Shown in pieces: positions 28,575-39,225 of a stretch of 64,000 nt of DNA (within the stretch, counting starts at the first letter, position 1; each line of letters begins with the position of its first letter). Both the position numbers and the translations under genes were made by a program. The stretch lies in NCBI GenBank assembly GCA_043803385.1, contig JAZDKA010000010.1, positions 989 to 64,988 of the forward strand, in the 5' to 3' direction. The notes under the pieces were generated by a model. That model was not told the origin of the DNA. It searched no databases and worked only from the letters and a program-made list of their open reading frames with translations. Source of the DNA: Patescibacteria group bacterium. Lineage in GTDB: Bacteria > Patescibacteriota > Minisyncoccia > Moranbacterales > JAKLHP01.

Positions 28575-30447
28575 CCTTGCTTTTTTTAATAAGTTGTCTT
28601 AATTCTTCTAAATTAACCGCCGGTTTTTTGTGGGTTAGTTTGAATTTTTTCGGCGCGACATACTGAAGCTGGGACAAAGCCAATGGTTTTTCCCCTGAAA
28701 CAAAAGCTTTTCTTTCAACTTTTTTTATTTCTTTCGGTTTAGTATTATTATCGCTTGATGAATTAATGATATGATGGCTTGATGACCTGTCCGCAATGCT
28801 TTGTTTAGCAATGCTAGTAAGACCAATGGCTTGATGATTCAAATCTTGCTGCTGATCCTTGGCCTTTGCCATTGCTCTTTGATAATCCTTGAAGCATTCC
28901 TTGCAAAATGTCGGACGCTGTCCATCTGGCTCAAAAGGAACTTGAATCTTTTCTCCGCAAGTATCACAAACGGTGTCATATAATTTCTTTTCTTCACTGA
29001 CTTTATTATTATCGCCTGTAATAATTTGAGGAAGATTAACTTTTGTTTTCGGAATATTTTTTGAAACAGGCTCTTCTTTTTTAGAAGCTACTACTTTTTC
29101 TCTTGGATGAACAACAATTATATTTTCTCTTTGTGGAGCTATTTTAACAGCTTCTCTCGCTTTTTCTTCAACTAGCATTCCGCTCCAGCGTTTTATCTTT
29201 TCTTCAACTTCCTCTGCTTTGGTAGTATATCTTTCCCTGGACACTTTAATCACTTTTTCCTCATTTTCTTTTGTTGTTTTGACGTCAATCGGAGCAAGGG
29301 TTGTTGCCGAAAAAGCGTTTCCGGCAATTCCGTCTATCATCAACTTTAAGTAGATATTATATTTTGGAAGATTTACAATGTCATTCATTAAAAAAATCGG
29401 ATCGAATTCTTTTTCTAATTCTTCCGCATCGCCTGCCCCAACTCTAAAAGTAATCAGGGTTCCGGCATTTCCAAATATTGCATCTTTAACTTTTTCATCT
29501 ATCTGAAGTATGTATTGGTTGGCTAGAATAATATTTAACCTATATTTTCTGGCTTCGGAAAGGATATTAGCGAAAGATTCAGTGGCAAAATTTTGAAATT
29601 CATCCACATAAAGATAAATATCTTTTCTTTCTTCTTCAGGAATATCAACCCTTCCCATTGCCGCTAACTGGATTTTTGTTATCATCATCGCGCCGATAAG
29701 CGCGCTGTTGTCTTCGCCAATCCTTCCTTTGGAAAGATTCATAATCAGTATTTTTTGATTATCCATTACTTCCCGGACATCGAAAGATGATTTGGTCTGC
29801 CCGACAATATTTCGAATCAGAGAACTGGAAAGGAACTGCCCAACTTTGTTTTGAATTGGAGAAATAACTTCTTGAAGCACTCTTTCATTCCATTTAGGGA
29901 ATTCATCTACCCAAAAAGAGCGGACGACCGGATCAGTTATTTTTTCAACTATTCTCTTAAGGTAATTTTTGTCGACCAGCATCCTAGTGACCCCTAAAAG
30001 AGTCGATCCGGGATATTCTAAAAGGGCTAAAATTGCATTTCGAAGTATATATTCAAGCCTTGGCCCCCAAGAATCCGCCCAAATTTTCTTGAAAACTCCA
30101 ACCAGTCCCGAAGCCACTAGATGGCGCTGTTTTGGATCGACGCTTTCCATCACATTAAAAGCAATGGGAAAATCTTGGTCAGCCGGATTAAAATAGATCA
30201 CGTCGTTAATCCTATTTGAAGGAATTGCTTTTATTAGTTTTTCTGCAGTGTCGCCGTGTGGATCAATAAAAACCATTCCTTTTCCGTTCTGAATGTCCTG
30301 AATAGCCATCGTTTCCAAGAGATTCGTCTTTCCCATTCCAGTTTTTCCAATAACATACATATGCCGGCGCCTATCGTCGGTTTTTATTCCAAAAACTCTT
30401 TCTTGGTTTCGAAAATTAGTTTTAGCAAAAAAAGTTATTTCATCCAT
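28567..30447 (-). CDS. VirD4/TraD-like coupling-protein family P-loop ATPase (FtsK/HerA superfamily) with C-terminal zinc ribbon
   Basis: Walker A GKTGMGKT, Walker B IYLYVDEF, TraD-like C-terminal region, CxxC-x17-CxxC. Confidence 0.6.
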   Translation of the reverse strand: MDEITFFAKTNFRNQERVFGIKTDDRRRHMYVIGKTGMGKTNLLETMAIQDIQNGKGMVFIDPHGDTAEKLIKAIPSNRINDVIYFNPADQDFPIAFNVMESVDPKQRHLVASGLVGVFKKIWADSWGPRLEYILRNAILALLEYPGSTLLGVTRMLVDKNYLKRIVEKITDPVVRSFWVDEFPKWNERVLQEVISPIQNKVGQFLSSSLIRNIVGQTKSSFDVREVMDNQKILIMNLSKGRIGEDNSALIGAMMITKIQLAAMGRVDIPEEERKDIYLYVDEFQNFATESFANILSEARKYRLNIILANQYILQIDEKVKDAIFGNAGTLITFRVGAGDAEELEKEFDPIFLMNDIVNLPKYNIYLKLMIDGIAGNAFSATTLAPIDVKTTKENEEKVIKVSRERYTTKAEEVEEKIKRWSGMLVEEKAREAVKIAPQRENIIVVHPREKVVASKKEEPVSKNIPKTKVNLPQIITGDNNKVSEEKKLYDTVCDTCGEKIQVPFEPDGQRPTFCKECFKDYQRAMAKAKDQQQDLNHQAIGLTSIAKQSIADRSSSHHIINSSSDNNTKPKEIKKVERKAFVSGEKPLALSQLQYVAPKKFKLTHKKPAVNLEELRQLIKKSKDE

Positions 30448-30450
30448 AAG

Positions 30451-31734
30451 TTATTTTATCGGCAGATTGGCCGGAGCGCCTCCCAGCTTAGCTTCGACGC
30501 GCGGAATGGAAGGAGCCATAGCGGACATATCAGGCATATGAAAGATAGTGGCAAGTTCCGCTGTGCTCATATCAAATTTTTTTCCAGTCCAATCGCGGTC
30601 AACATATCTTTGAAAAAGAATTCTTTGGCGGTATCTCAATCTTGTTTTCGTCATAAAATACCAGGCGTAGGTCTTGGTTGGATCATAGATACTTATTCCG
30701 GCTGAATGCATATCGGAAAACTGTTTCATTGCTCCCCAAAAACCGCCTACCACAACAGGCTTATCCCAATTATCCCTGGTCCCGATATAAACAAACCTAA
30801 TCTTCGTCTTGAAAAAATTCCTGCCTACATTTTCTTCCAATGCCTTGAGTTTTTCTCTTTCACCGGGCGTTAAGCGGAATTCTAATGGCTGCTCTTCTTT
30901 TTTCTCTTCTGCTGTCGCAAATTCAGGCATTTTGGAGAATCCTTTTATAATATTTCCGAGAACATCTCCAGCGTCATTCATAATTCTTTCGACTGTTGAT
31001 TTTGGCTTTGTTTTTCTCTTGGTTAAAACTTCAATAAATTCTTTTCCCTTTTTTAAAGCCTCTACTTCCTTAATTGGGGTAATAATAATCTGAAACCATA
31101 CCTTCTGGCTGGGCTTAAGATTTCCCAATATTTCCAAAACTGATGACAACGGATCAATCATTTTTCCGGTAACATCTTCCTGAAATCTCATATAAGTCTT
31201 GATTGGCAATGATTCATTTTCCCCAGAAAGTTCAGCATCAGCTCCCCATATTTCCCATTTTTTATTGGGAACTAGTCTGGGAACTTCTTTGGTGTAATCA
31301 TCTGCTTCCACAATTTGAGCATCTGGATACTGGGCATAGATATTGGCTTCTACGAGATCTCTGTCGCTTCTTGGGCCGTGTATATAAAAGTGAATTTTTC
31401 CGCTGTCTCCGACCAACTCCAAAGAAAACCATTCAATAAATCTCCCTTGGATATAAATTTCATTATTGGGAATAGTAGTGATTACTCCGTGGATTCCATT
31501 AAAAAAAGATTCCATTAATTTCGGGCTTTTTTCAATATTCTGGGGAGGAATAATTTCCAAGATAACTTTATCAACTGATCTCCAATATCCTCTGATGACA
31601 TGATCCATCCAAAGCGCTTTGAATGCCCAATATAAAAAAGGAGGCAAAACAAAATACCAAATAGAAGTAAATACTCCTCCAAGCGTAGAAGTTACGTAGG
31701 CAATATCTCTAAAAGAAGAAATTAATATATTCAT
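30451..31734 (-). CDS. Membrane protein co-operonic with the VirD4/TraD-like ATPase
   Basis: 427 aa, N-terminal TM helices; its stop lies 4 bp from the ATPase start. Confidence 0.5.
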   Translation of the reverse strand: MNILISSFRDIAYVTSTLGGVFTSIWYFVLPPFLYWAFKALWMDHVIRGYWRSVDKVILEIIPPQNIEKSPKLMESFFNGIHGVITTIPNNEIYIQGRFIEWFSLELVGDSGKIHFYIHGPRSDRDLVEANIYAQYPDAQIVEADDYTKEVPRLVPNKKWEIWGADAELSGENESLPIKTYMRFQEDVTGKMIDPLSSVLEILGNLKPSQKVWFQIIITPIKEVEALKKGKEFIEVLTKRKTKPKSTVERIMNDAGDVLGNIIKGFSKMPEFATAEEKKEEQPLEFRLTPGEREKLKALEENVGRNFFKTKIRFVYIGTRDNWDKPVVVGGFWGAMKQFSDMHSAGISIYDPTKTYAWYFMTKTRLRYRQRILFQRYVDRDWTGKKFDMSTAELATIFHMPDMSAMAPSIPRVEAKLGGAPANLPIK

Positions 31735-31797
31735 TTTTGTGAATCCGAATTAAATAACGTTGTATCTAAAGGATTTCTTTTTTGCGTTATTTCTTTG

Positions 31798-32844
31798 TTA
31801 TTTCTTTACCGAGTACTCGTTTTTCCCCACTTTTTGGAAAAAATTATTGAGATTTATCATTACGGTTGATTTTTTTACCTTTCTCATTTTCAAAGCTTGC
31901 TCCAAGATATCTTCTTTTCTCATCGGCCTTGAATTTTTTTTCAAAATATCCTCGATTACTTCTCTTACCGTCCCTTTCTCGAAACCCCATTCTGAAAGTG
32001 CATAAGTTCCTCTTCCGACTAAAATAAATCGCTTGTCCCTAATAAGTTCATTATGCACTGTTTGGGGATGGGTTCTTTTCTTTTTATTGAGCTTATATTT
32101 ATCAATTGCTTCTGCAATTTCTTTGAAGTGCATGGGTCTTCCTGTTTCTTTGAGAATTAGGTATATCTTTTCTCTGGTACCCTTCGGAGTTATTTCATCC
32201 CATGATTTGAGCCCCCACTTTTGAAACCTCCCTTTCTTTATTTCAGAGGAAACATCAAGATAATTGAAGAGTTTTTTCGGTTCAATTTCCGTACTTTTTA
32301 AATTAAGTATTTCTTTTACCAATTCCTGATCAGTAAGGGGGCGTTGTTTTTTTTCAAGAATTTCTTTAATCAAATTTTTCGTTTTTCTCCATTCATTTAA
32401 ACTGAACTCCCCATTTGACCAAGATCCTTCAACTTCTCCGAGTATTTCCCTGTACTCAATATTGTCAAAAAGATCAAGAAAAAACTTTAGGGCGCCTCTC
32501 TCTTTTAAATCAGCAGTTTGAGCCATTAATTCTTCTTCTTTAATTATACCACTTTTTTCTTTAATGGTAAACGCCAACTTATTTTTAATTTCCTCAATAA
32601 CATCACTCTTGCCTTTTTTGAGTTTTTTCAAAGTCTCCTTAATTATCTGGCGGACCCTTTCCCTGGTAATATCATACTCCCTGCCTATTTCTTCCAGTGT
32701 TTTGGGATCACCATTTTTTATGCCATATCTTCCCGAAATAATCCCTTTTGGCCTTTCTGGAAATTCCAAAAAAACCCTTTCTAGGGCCGAAAGAAAGCCA
32801 ATATTGGACTTTTTGATAGTGTTTCTAGGATTATTACTTATCAT
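31798..32844 (-). CDS. DNA-binding protein with N-terminal sigma-70 region-4-like HTH and C-terminal HARE-HTH
   Basis: TLEEIGREYDITRERVRQI (sigma region 4.2-like); C-terminal IAEAI...RFILVGRGTYALSEWG (HARE-HTH). Confidence 0.55.
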   Translation of the reverse strand: MISNNPRNTIKKSNIGFLSALERVFLEFPERPKGIISGRYGIKNGDPKTLEEIGREYDITRERVRQIIKETLKKLKKGKSDVIEEIKNKLAFTIKEKSGIIKEEELMAQTADLKERGALKFFLDLFDNIEYREILGEVEGSWSNGEFSLNEWRKTKNLIKEILEKKQRPLTDQELVKEILNLKSTEIEPKKLFNYLDVSSEIKKGRFQKWGLKSWDEITPKGTREKIYLILKETGRPMHFKEIAEAIDKYKLNKKKRTHPQTVHNELIRDKRFILVGRGTYALSEWGFEKGTVREVIEDILKKNSRPMRKEDILEQALKMRKVKKSTVMINLNNFFQKVGKNEYSVKK

Positions 32845-33123
32845 TTATTTGAAGTGTTTTAAAAATTATAAAAACGGATTTAGCCGTCAAATTAGATTAG
32901 CACATAATTGGATATTTTGTCAAGGATTAAGCGCTTTTTGCTATAATACCTGTTATTTATATATTTCTTTAATAAAATAATAAAAAAATCAATCATACTT
33001 ATCGTATGTGCTTTAATATATCCGCATTAATTGTTTAAAACAAGACGATTGGTAAATAAGTATAAATAAAAAACCGGTTATCGATATTTCGTTGATAACC
33101 GGTTAACTCTAATATTGACTTAC

Positions 33124-34200
33124 TTATTCAATTGAGATTCCGAGAATTTTAAACGTCTTTTCTTCAAGCTGTCGAACTCTTTCCCTACTAATATCTAACA
33201 ATAATCCAACAGCTTCAAGAGTTCGATATTGTCCATCAATAATCCCAAACCTATGGACTATAACCCAATACCATTTCGGATACTCATTTTCTAATTTCTT
33301 AAGACGGCCATCTCGATTGGCCAGGACAACAGCCTCCAAGTCATCAAATCGTGACAAAGGAAAGTCTAACGGCAGTTTTTCCAAACCAATCTTCTTTGCC
33401 ATTTCAACACTTTTCTTAGATATTTCAGAAAGGAAATCAGCTTGATTGAAAAAAGAACGAATACGGGAAACTCTTCTTTTGATGTTGCCAGCCATTAATG
33501 TTGCTTCCTTCCCCGCATTGAAAGTCTGATCCACATATTTAATTATAGCATTGACTCTACGAGATACTAATCCTTCGTCTTCTTTGTATCCGAATTCTTT
33601 CGCAACTAATCTCTGGGGAATGAAATCTTTTCCATTGAGACAAAAATACCTTGCGGTAATGAGAGCGGCATCAAATTTAAGAGCAATAAGCTCATCAAAT
33701 AATCTTTTTTGTTCATCTGAAAGGTTCATGAAAAAAAGAGCTTGAGCTTTGTAGAATGGTGAACGATTCTCATTATCCTTCCATGCACATTCTGGTTTCC
33801 AATGGCCAACGATAATTTTTACATTGTGGTGTTTTTCGCAAAGTTCAAGATGAGATTGAAGAAATTTTCGCCTCATGGTTGGGATAACCTGTATTATTTC
33901 AACATTTGGAGCAAGTTCAATAATTTTTTCAATTATCCAGAGAAATGGGTATCCATCAATATGAACGAGAACTGTATTTTCATTAAGGCTTTGAAAGTTG
34001 CCATGGTTTCTACCTCCCCTAGAATGGATTATGGCATAATTTTTTATCTTTTCTGATGTTAAGCAAATTGATCCATGAATCGTTTTCTCGATTCTAGCTA
34101 TCGGCTCTCTCTTTTTATTAACAGAGTGACCTCTGGAATCGCAAAAAGAACAAGAGTCTTCCATCAAGCCATGTTTACATCTTTTCTCGATCTCCATCAC
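33124..34200 (-). CDS. Protein with N-terminal Cys cluster and C-terminal sigma-70 region-4-like HTH
   Basis: CKHG...CSFC near the N-terminus; C-terminal TLEAVGLLLDISRERVRQLEEK. Confidence 0.5.
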   Translation of the reverse strand: MMEIEKRCKHGLMEDSCSFCDSRGHSVNKKREPIARIEKTIHGSICLTSEKIKNYAIIHSRGGRNHGNFQSLNENTVLVHIDGYPFLWIIEKIIELAPNVEIIQVIPTMRRKFLQSHLELCEKHHNVKIIVGHWKPECAWKDNENRSPFYKAQALFFMNLSDEQKRLFDELIALKFDAALITARYFCLNGKDFIPQRLVAKEFGYKEDEGLVSRRVNAIIKYVDQTFNAGKEATLMAGNIKRRVSRIRSFFNQADFLSEISKKSVEMAKKIGLEKLPLDFPLSRFDDLEAVVLANRDGRLKKLENEYPKWYWVIVHRFGIIDGQYRTLEAVGLLLDISRERVRQLEEKTFKILGISIE

Positions 34201-34376
34201 ATTCCTCCTTTTGTATATAATATTTGATTTTATTTCCCGTATATTAGACTAATAAGAGCTAGAAAATAGAGTAATACGAAAAAGTTGCTATGTCAATTTC
34301 TATGAAAAAACATAAACAATAAAAAAATGCCTTAATAGATAAAAAGGAAAGCTCCAAATGAATTTACAAAAATAAT

Positions 34377-36824
34377 TTATCTCCTAATTTCCACTTCAAA
34401 TTCTTTTTCCAATCCGGCAGTTATTTTTTTCATTAACTCATCTATTTCTTTATTTTGAAGAGTCCTGTCTTGAGATCCAAAGATTATATGAAAAGCAAAG
34501 CTAGTTTCTCTTTTTTCCTCAAAATCAAAAATGTCGAATAATTCAACGTCAATAATAAGATCGCCCCCCAATTTTTGGATAACTTCCAAGATGTCATCGA
34601 TTCTGGCGCTTGATCTTGAAATCATGGAAATATCCCTAATTGAAACCGGATACTTTTGAAGCGGCAAATACTCCCTTTCCTTATTGGAAATTGCCATAAG
34701 TTTTTCCATGTCGAATTCAAACATCACCACTCTCTTGTGTATATCAAAGTTTGCCAAAACCAACGGATTTATTTCTCCCATATATCCGAATTTTTCGTTT
34801 TTCCCTTCTTTTTTTATTTCTGCGTATCGAGTAGGATGCCAGAGAGCCGAAAAGCTGTCTTCCGGAGTGCATTCAAAATTATCGAAATAATAATTAATTA
34901 TCCCGAGCTTTTCAAAAAGCGCATCGATGTATCCTTTCATTTCATAGAAATTTTCTGATTTCTTGTCTTTTTCGAGAATCAAAGCTCCTATCAGCATATT
35001 TTTTTCTTCCGGAAGTTTTTTACCATCGGGCCAGAAAACTTTTCCGATTTCAAAAATATGAAGTTCGTTGAAATTTTTGAGATTTTTCCTTATGTTTTTG
35101 AGGATATTCGGAATAAGGCTCACTCTAATCAATGCCTGGCTTGGATTCATTGGGTTTTCGAGTTCCAGATGACTAACCGTTCCGAGCTGGGCAAGTCCTG
35201 CGTCTTTTTGGCTATAAAAAGAGTAATTGTAAACCTCTGAAAATCCGTCGCCCGCCAGGATATTTTTCACCATTCTCTCAAATTTTCTTTTCTCATTTAT
35301 TCTTGGAGATTTAATAGAAACAAGCGGCGCGGATGGTTTTATTTTTTCATAGCCGTATAATCTTCCGATTTCTTCGATTAGATCTTCCTGGGTTCTGATA
35401 TCTATCCTTCTTGTCGGAATTTTCACTATTATTGCTTTTCCCTTTCCTGAAGTTTCAAGTCCTAATAAATTTAATATTTTTATTGCTTCTTTTGCAGATA
35501 TTTTTTCTCCCAGTAATCTATTAACATATTCTAAATCCAATTTAACCTGCCGCGGTTTCACTTTACTTGGATAATTATCAACGATTTCATCAACTTTACC
35601 CCGATGTGGGGACGTAGCGCCAAAAGATTTGATTATTTCAATCACTCTAGCCATCGCAATTTCGCAAAGATTCGGATCAATTCCTTTTTCATAGCGATCG
35701 GATGCTTCGGTCTTAAGATTTAATCTTGTTCGACTCCTTCGTATATTCGTTGCATTAAAATTAGCCGATTCCAAAACAATAGCTGTTGTGTTTTCGCTTA
35801 TACTGGAATCTTCTCCTCCCATAATTCCGGCTAGCGCCAAACCCTTTTTTTCATTAGCTATAACAAGATTCTCCAAAGATAATTCTTTAACAGTTCCATC
35901 TAGCAATTTTATTTCCTCGCCTTCTTTAGCTCTTCGCACTATTATTCGCACTAATTCGCTTTTTATTTGCTCCTTATTCGCGAGTTTTCCAAGATCGAAG
36001 GCATGCAGTGGTTGTCCGAATTCAATCATCACAAAATTAGTCGCGTCAACAATATTATTTATCGGCTTTATTCCTAAAGCCAACAGTCTATTTTTTACCC
36101 AAGCTGGAGAAGGTTGAATTTTTATATTTTCTAAAACCGCTCCGATATATCGAGGACATAGTTTTTTATCTTTTATTTCTATTTCAAGCCGGGAAGCTTT
36201 TTGAGCAGAAAGTCTTAGTTTATTATAAAAAGGATCTATTTTCTTGTTATTTAAAGCTGCAACTTCTCGAGCCATTCCAACATGGCTTAGCGCATCATGA
36301 CCTCTGTCGGGAAGAACCTTAATTTCAAAAATCGTATCATTGAGTTCCAAGACTTCTGAAACTTTTTCTCCAACTTTAGCATCTTTTTCAAGTATTAAAA
36401 TTCCGCTATGATCTTTGCCAAGTCCCAATTCATCTTCCGCGCAAAGCATTCCAAAAGATTTTACTCCGCGAATTTCCGCTTCTTTAATTTCTAATCCTCC
36501 GGAAAGTTTCGCACCAACCAAAGCCACTGGCACTTTATCGCCAATTTTTATATTGTTTGCGCCGCAGACAATTGTAAGAGTATCCGGTATTTTGTATTTG
36601 GTATTTTGTATTTTTTCTACAAAAACTCTTACAATTTGCAATTTATCAGCGTTGGGGTGTTTTTCTATATCCTTTATTTGCCCGACGACAACACCCTCTA
36701 ATCCCTTTCCTTTTTTCTCAATTCCTTCCACTTCAAAAGAATGCATCATTAGTGCATCTGCTACTTGTTCAGGACTTTTATTTATCTTGCTTATTTCCTT
36801 AAGCCAGCTATAGGAATACTTCAT
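34377..36824 (-). CDS. pheT: Phenylalanyl-tRNA synthetase beta subunit
   Basis: 815 aa; tRNA-binding, B3/4, B5 and FDX-ACB domain order. Confidence 0.9.
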   Translation of the reverse strand: MKYSYSWLKEISKINKSPEQVADALMMHSFEVEGIEKKGKGLEGVVVGQIKDIEKHPNADKLQIVRVFVEKIQNTKYKIPDTLTIVCGANNIKIGDKVPVALVGAKLSGGLEIKEAEIRGVKSFGMLCAEDELGLGKDHSGILILEKDAKVGEKVSEVLELNDTIFEIKVLPDRGHDALSHVGMAREVAALNNKKIDPFYNKLRLSAQKASRLEIEIKDKKLCPRYIGAVLENIKIQPSPAWVKNRLLALGIKPINNIVDATNFVMIEFGQPLHAFDLGKLANKEQIKSELVRIIVRRAKEGEEIKLLDGTVKELSLENLVIANEKKGLALAGIMGGEDSSISENTTAIVLESANFNATNIRRSRTRLNLKTEASDRYEKGIDPNLCEIAMARVIEIIKSFGATSPHRGKVDEIVDNYPSKVKPRQVKLDLEYVNRLLGEKISAKEAIKILNLLGLETSGKGKAIIVKIPTRRIDIRTQEDLIEEIGRLYGYEKIKPSAPLVSIKSPRINEKRKFERMVKNILAGDGFSEVYNYSFYSQKDAGLAQLGTVSHLELENPMNPSQALIRVSLIPNILKNIRKNLKNFNELHIFEIGKVFWPDGKKLPEEKNMLIGALILEKDKKSENFYEMKGYIDALFEKLGIINYYFDNFECTPEDSFSALWHPTRYAEIKKEGKNEKFGYMGEINPLVLANFDIHKRVVMFEFDMEKLMAISNKEREYLPLQKYPVSIRDISMISRSSARIDDILEVIQKLGGDLIIDVELFDIFDFEEKRETSFAFHIIFGSQDRTLQNKEIDELMKKITAGLEKEFEVEIRR

Positions 36825-36915
36825 CTAGATGTTTACTAATTACTAATCAAATACTAATATACTAATTCTTTAAGATTTGTATATTAGTAAAATATTCGTA
36901 ATTCGTAAAGAATAC

Positions 36916-38010
36916 TCAAAATTGATTAATAAACCTTAGATCTCCGCTATGAAATAATCTGATATCATTAATTTTATATCTCATCATTGCCAGCCGTTCC
37001 AGTCCGAATCCCCAGGCAAAGCCTTGAAACTTGCCTTTTGGATAGCCTGCCGCCTCAAAAACGGCTTGGTTTACCATTCCGGCGCCTCCTAGTTCCAGCC
37101 AGCCGGCATCATTACAGGCTCTGCAGCCCTTTCCGGAGCACATCAGGCAATTAATATCAAATTCGAAACTCGGTTCCGTAAAAGGAAAAAAACTGGGCCT
37201 TAATCTTACTTTTACTTCTTTTTTAAAAAATTTTGAGAAAAACTCTTCAGCAATATATTTTAGATTTCCGACATTAATATCTTCCCCGACCATAAGGGCT
37301 TCAAATTGATAAAAAGTATGTTCATGGGTGCTGTCAGTCGCCTCTCTTCGAAAACATTTCCCCGGAGCGATTATGCGAAAAGGAGGCTTATTTTTTTGCA
37401 TATAGCGAATTTGTATAGTCGATGTCTGGCTCCTCATAACAAGCGCTGACTCACGCTGACTTAACGCTGAATTACGCTGACTATTCTTAGTTTCCGCGAT
37501 AGTCTGCGTTTCGTCCGCGTTGGTCCGCGTCTTGAGCCAAAACGTATCCTGCATATCGCGCGCCGGATGATCTTTGGGAACATTGAGCGCGTCAAAATTA
37601 TACCATTCGGTTTCCACTTCCGGACCATCGGCAATTTCAAAGCCCATTTCGGTAAAAATATCTTCTATTTCATTCTGTACTCTGCTTAAGATATGGAGAT
37701 GCCCAATTTTTACTTTTCTCCCCGGAATAGTCACATCTATTCTTTCTTTTTCAAAATCGACATTGTTTTTCTCCAACAGTTTTTGAGTTTTGTTTATGTG
37801 GTTTTGAATTCCTAACTTGGAAATATTAGCCAGCTGCCCAATTTCCCTTTTTTCTTCTTCCGGAAGATCTTTAATGCTCTTAAGTATTTGATTAAATTCG
37901 CTATTTCTTCCCAGATATTTTTTCTCCAGATCAAAAAGCTCTTCCTTGCTTTTTGCCTGGCTTATTTCTTCAATCGCTTTGGTTTTAATTTCGATTATTT
38001 TATTCTGCAT
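36916..38010 (-). CDS. pheS: Phenylalanyl-tRNA synthetase alpha subunit
   Basis: FRIIAPGKCFRRE, GFAWGFGLERLAMM motifs; contains an in-frame 7-aa tandem duplication. Confidence 0.9.
   Translation of the reverse strand: MQNKIIEIKTKAIEEISQAKSKEELFDLEKKYLGRNSEFNQILKSIKDLPEEEKREIGQLANISKLGIQNHINKTQKLLEKNNVDFEKERIDVTIPGRKVKIGHLHILSRVQNEIEDIFTEMGFEIADGPEVETEWYNFDALNVPKDHPARDMQDTFWLKTRTNADETQTIAETKNSQRNSALSQRESALVMRSQTSTIQIRYMQKNKPPFRIIAPGKCFRREATDSTHEHTFYQFEALMVGEDINVGNLKYIAEEFFSKFFKKEVKVRLRPSFFPFTEPSFEFDINCLMCSGKGCRACNDAGWLELGGAGMVNQAVFEAAGYPKGKFQGFAWGFGLERLAMMRYKINDIRLFHSGDLRFINQF
37444..37531. repeat. In-frame tandem repeats inside pheS (21-bp unit duplicated, plus CGTCCGCG direct repeats)
   Basis: AGTCAGCGT(G/A)A(G/T)TCAGCG(C/T)T x2 encodes SQRNSAL/SQRESAL, an insertion relative to canonical PheS. 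Confidence 0.6.
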
Positions 38011-38013
38011 ATT

Positions 38014-39225
38014 TTAAAATTTTATCCTCACAAAATCTTTTTTTCCGACTTTCATTACTTTCCCGTCATGTATTTCTGGAGTTAAAATTTCTTCTCCAAC
38101 GTTAATTTTCTCGCCATCTATTTCTACCGCTCCTTGCTTAATTAATCTTCGAGCATCGCTTCTGCTTGTTGCAACTTTAGCAGAAACCATAAAATCAAGC
38201 ACATTTTCATGAGCTTCATAAGCTTCTATATATTTAGGAGTCTGTTTTTTTGAAAAAGTATTTATAAAATTTTCCTGCGCTTTTTTGGCCTTGTTTTCTC
38301 CGTGATTTATTTTGGTTATTTCGTAGGCTAGTTGCAATTTGAAATCTCGGGGATTATTGCCAGAATCCTTCATTTTTTCCTTTATTTCAGCCACAACATT
38401 TACCGGTAAATTCGTGCAGAGCTCAAATCCGGGATTTATCAGTCCGTCAGACCAAGCCATAATTTGCCCAAACATATTCTCCGGAGTTTCATCTAAATTT
38501 ACCGCGTTGCCTTCGGTTTTTCCCATCTTTTTCCCGCTTTCATCGGCTAAAAGCTTCATAGTTAATACAAATTTTTCTTTTTTCTTAATTGCCTTCATTA
38601 AATCTCTTCCGCAAAGCATATTAAATGTCTGGTCATTTCCTCCGATTTCCAGATCAACACTCATCGCCACGCTGTCATAGCCCTGAAATATTGGATACAA
38701 AAATTCATGAATATAAATAGGCTTTTCTTTTTTTATCCTTTCTTGGAACATTTCTCTTTGCATCATTTGTTGGGCAGTAAAGTTAGAAGATAACTCAATC
38801 AAATCTTTAGATTTTAAGTTATCACTCCACTCGCTGTTATGCAAAACTTTGGCAGGATTTTCACCATCGAATTTCAAATATCTCGAAGCTTGCTCTTGGT
38901 AATTTTTGCTGTTTTCCAGCGCTTCTTCACGCGTCAGTTTTTTTCGAGCCGCGCTTTTATCGGTTGGATCGCCTATCATTCCGGTAAAATCACCGATTAG
39001 AAAAACAATTTCGTGCCCCAATCTTTGGAATTGCCCGAGCTTGTTGATAGTGATTGAATTTCCTATATGGAGTGCTTTGGCTGTAGGATCATATCCGCAA
39101 TAAAGCTTGATTCTTTTTCCGCTCATTAACAATTTTTTTAGTTCGTCTTTATTTGGGTAGATATTTTCTACTCCTCTGGTCAAAACCTCATCTATTAACT
39201 TTTCATCAGCAACGACTTTATTCAT
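38014..39225 (-). CDS. tyrS: Tyrosyl-tRNA synthetase
   Basis: HIGN, GDPT and KMGKT motifs; C-terminal S4 domain. Confidence 0.85.
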   Translation of the reverse strand: MNKVVADEKLIDEVLTRGVENIYPNKDELKKLLMSGKRIKLYCGYDPTAKALHIGNSITINKLGQFQRLGHEIVFLIGDFTGMIGDPTDKSAARKKLTREEALENSKNYQEQASRYLKFDGENPAKVLHNSEWSDNLKSKDLIELSSNFTAQQMMQREMFQERIKKEKPIYIHEFLYPIFQGYDSVAMSVDLEIGGNDQTFNMLCGRDLMKAIKKKEKFVLTMKLLADESGKKMGKTEGNAVNLDETPENMFGQIMAWSDGLINPGFELCTNLPVNVVAEIKEKMKDSGNNPRDFKLQLAYEITKINHGENKAKKAQENFINTFSKKQTPKYIEAYEAHENVLDFMVSAKVATSRSDARRLIKQGAVEIDGEKINVGEEILTPEIHDGKVMKVGKKDFVRIKF

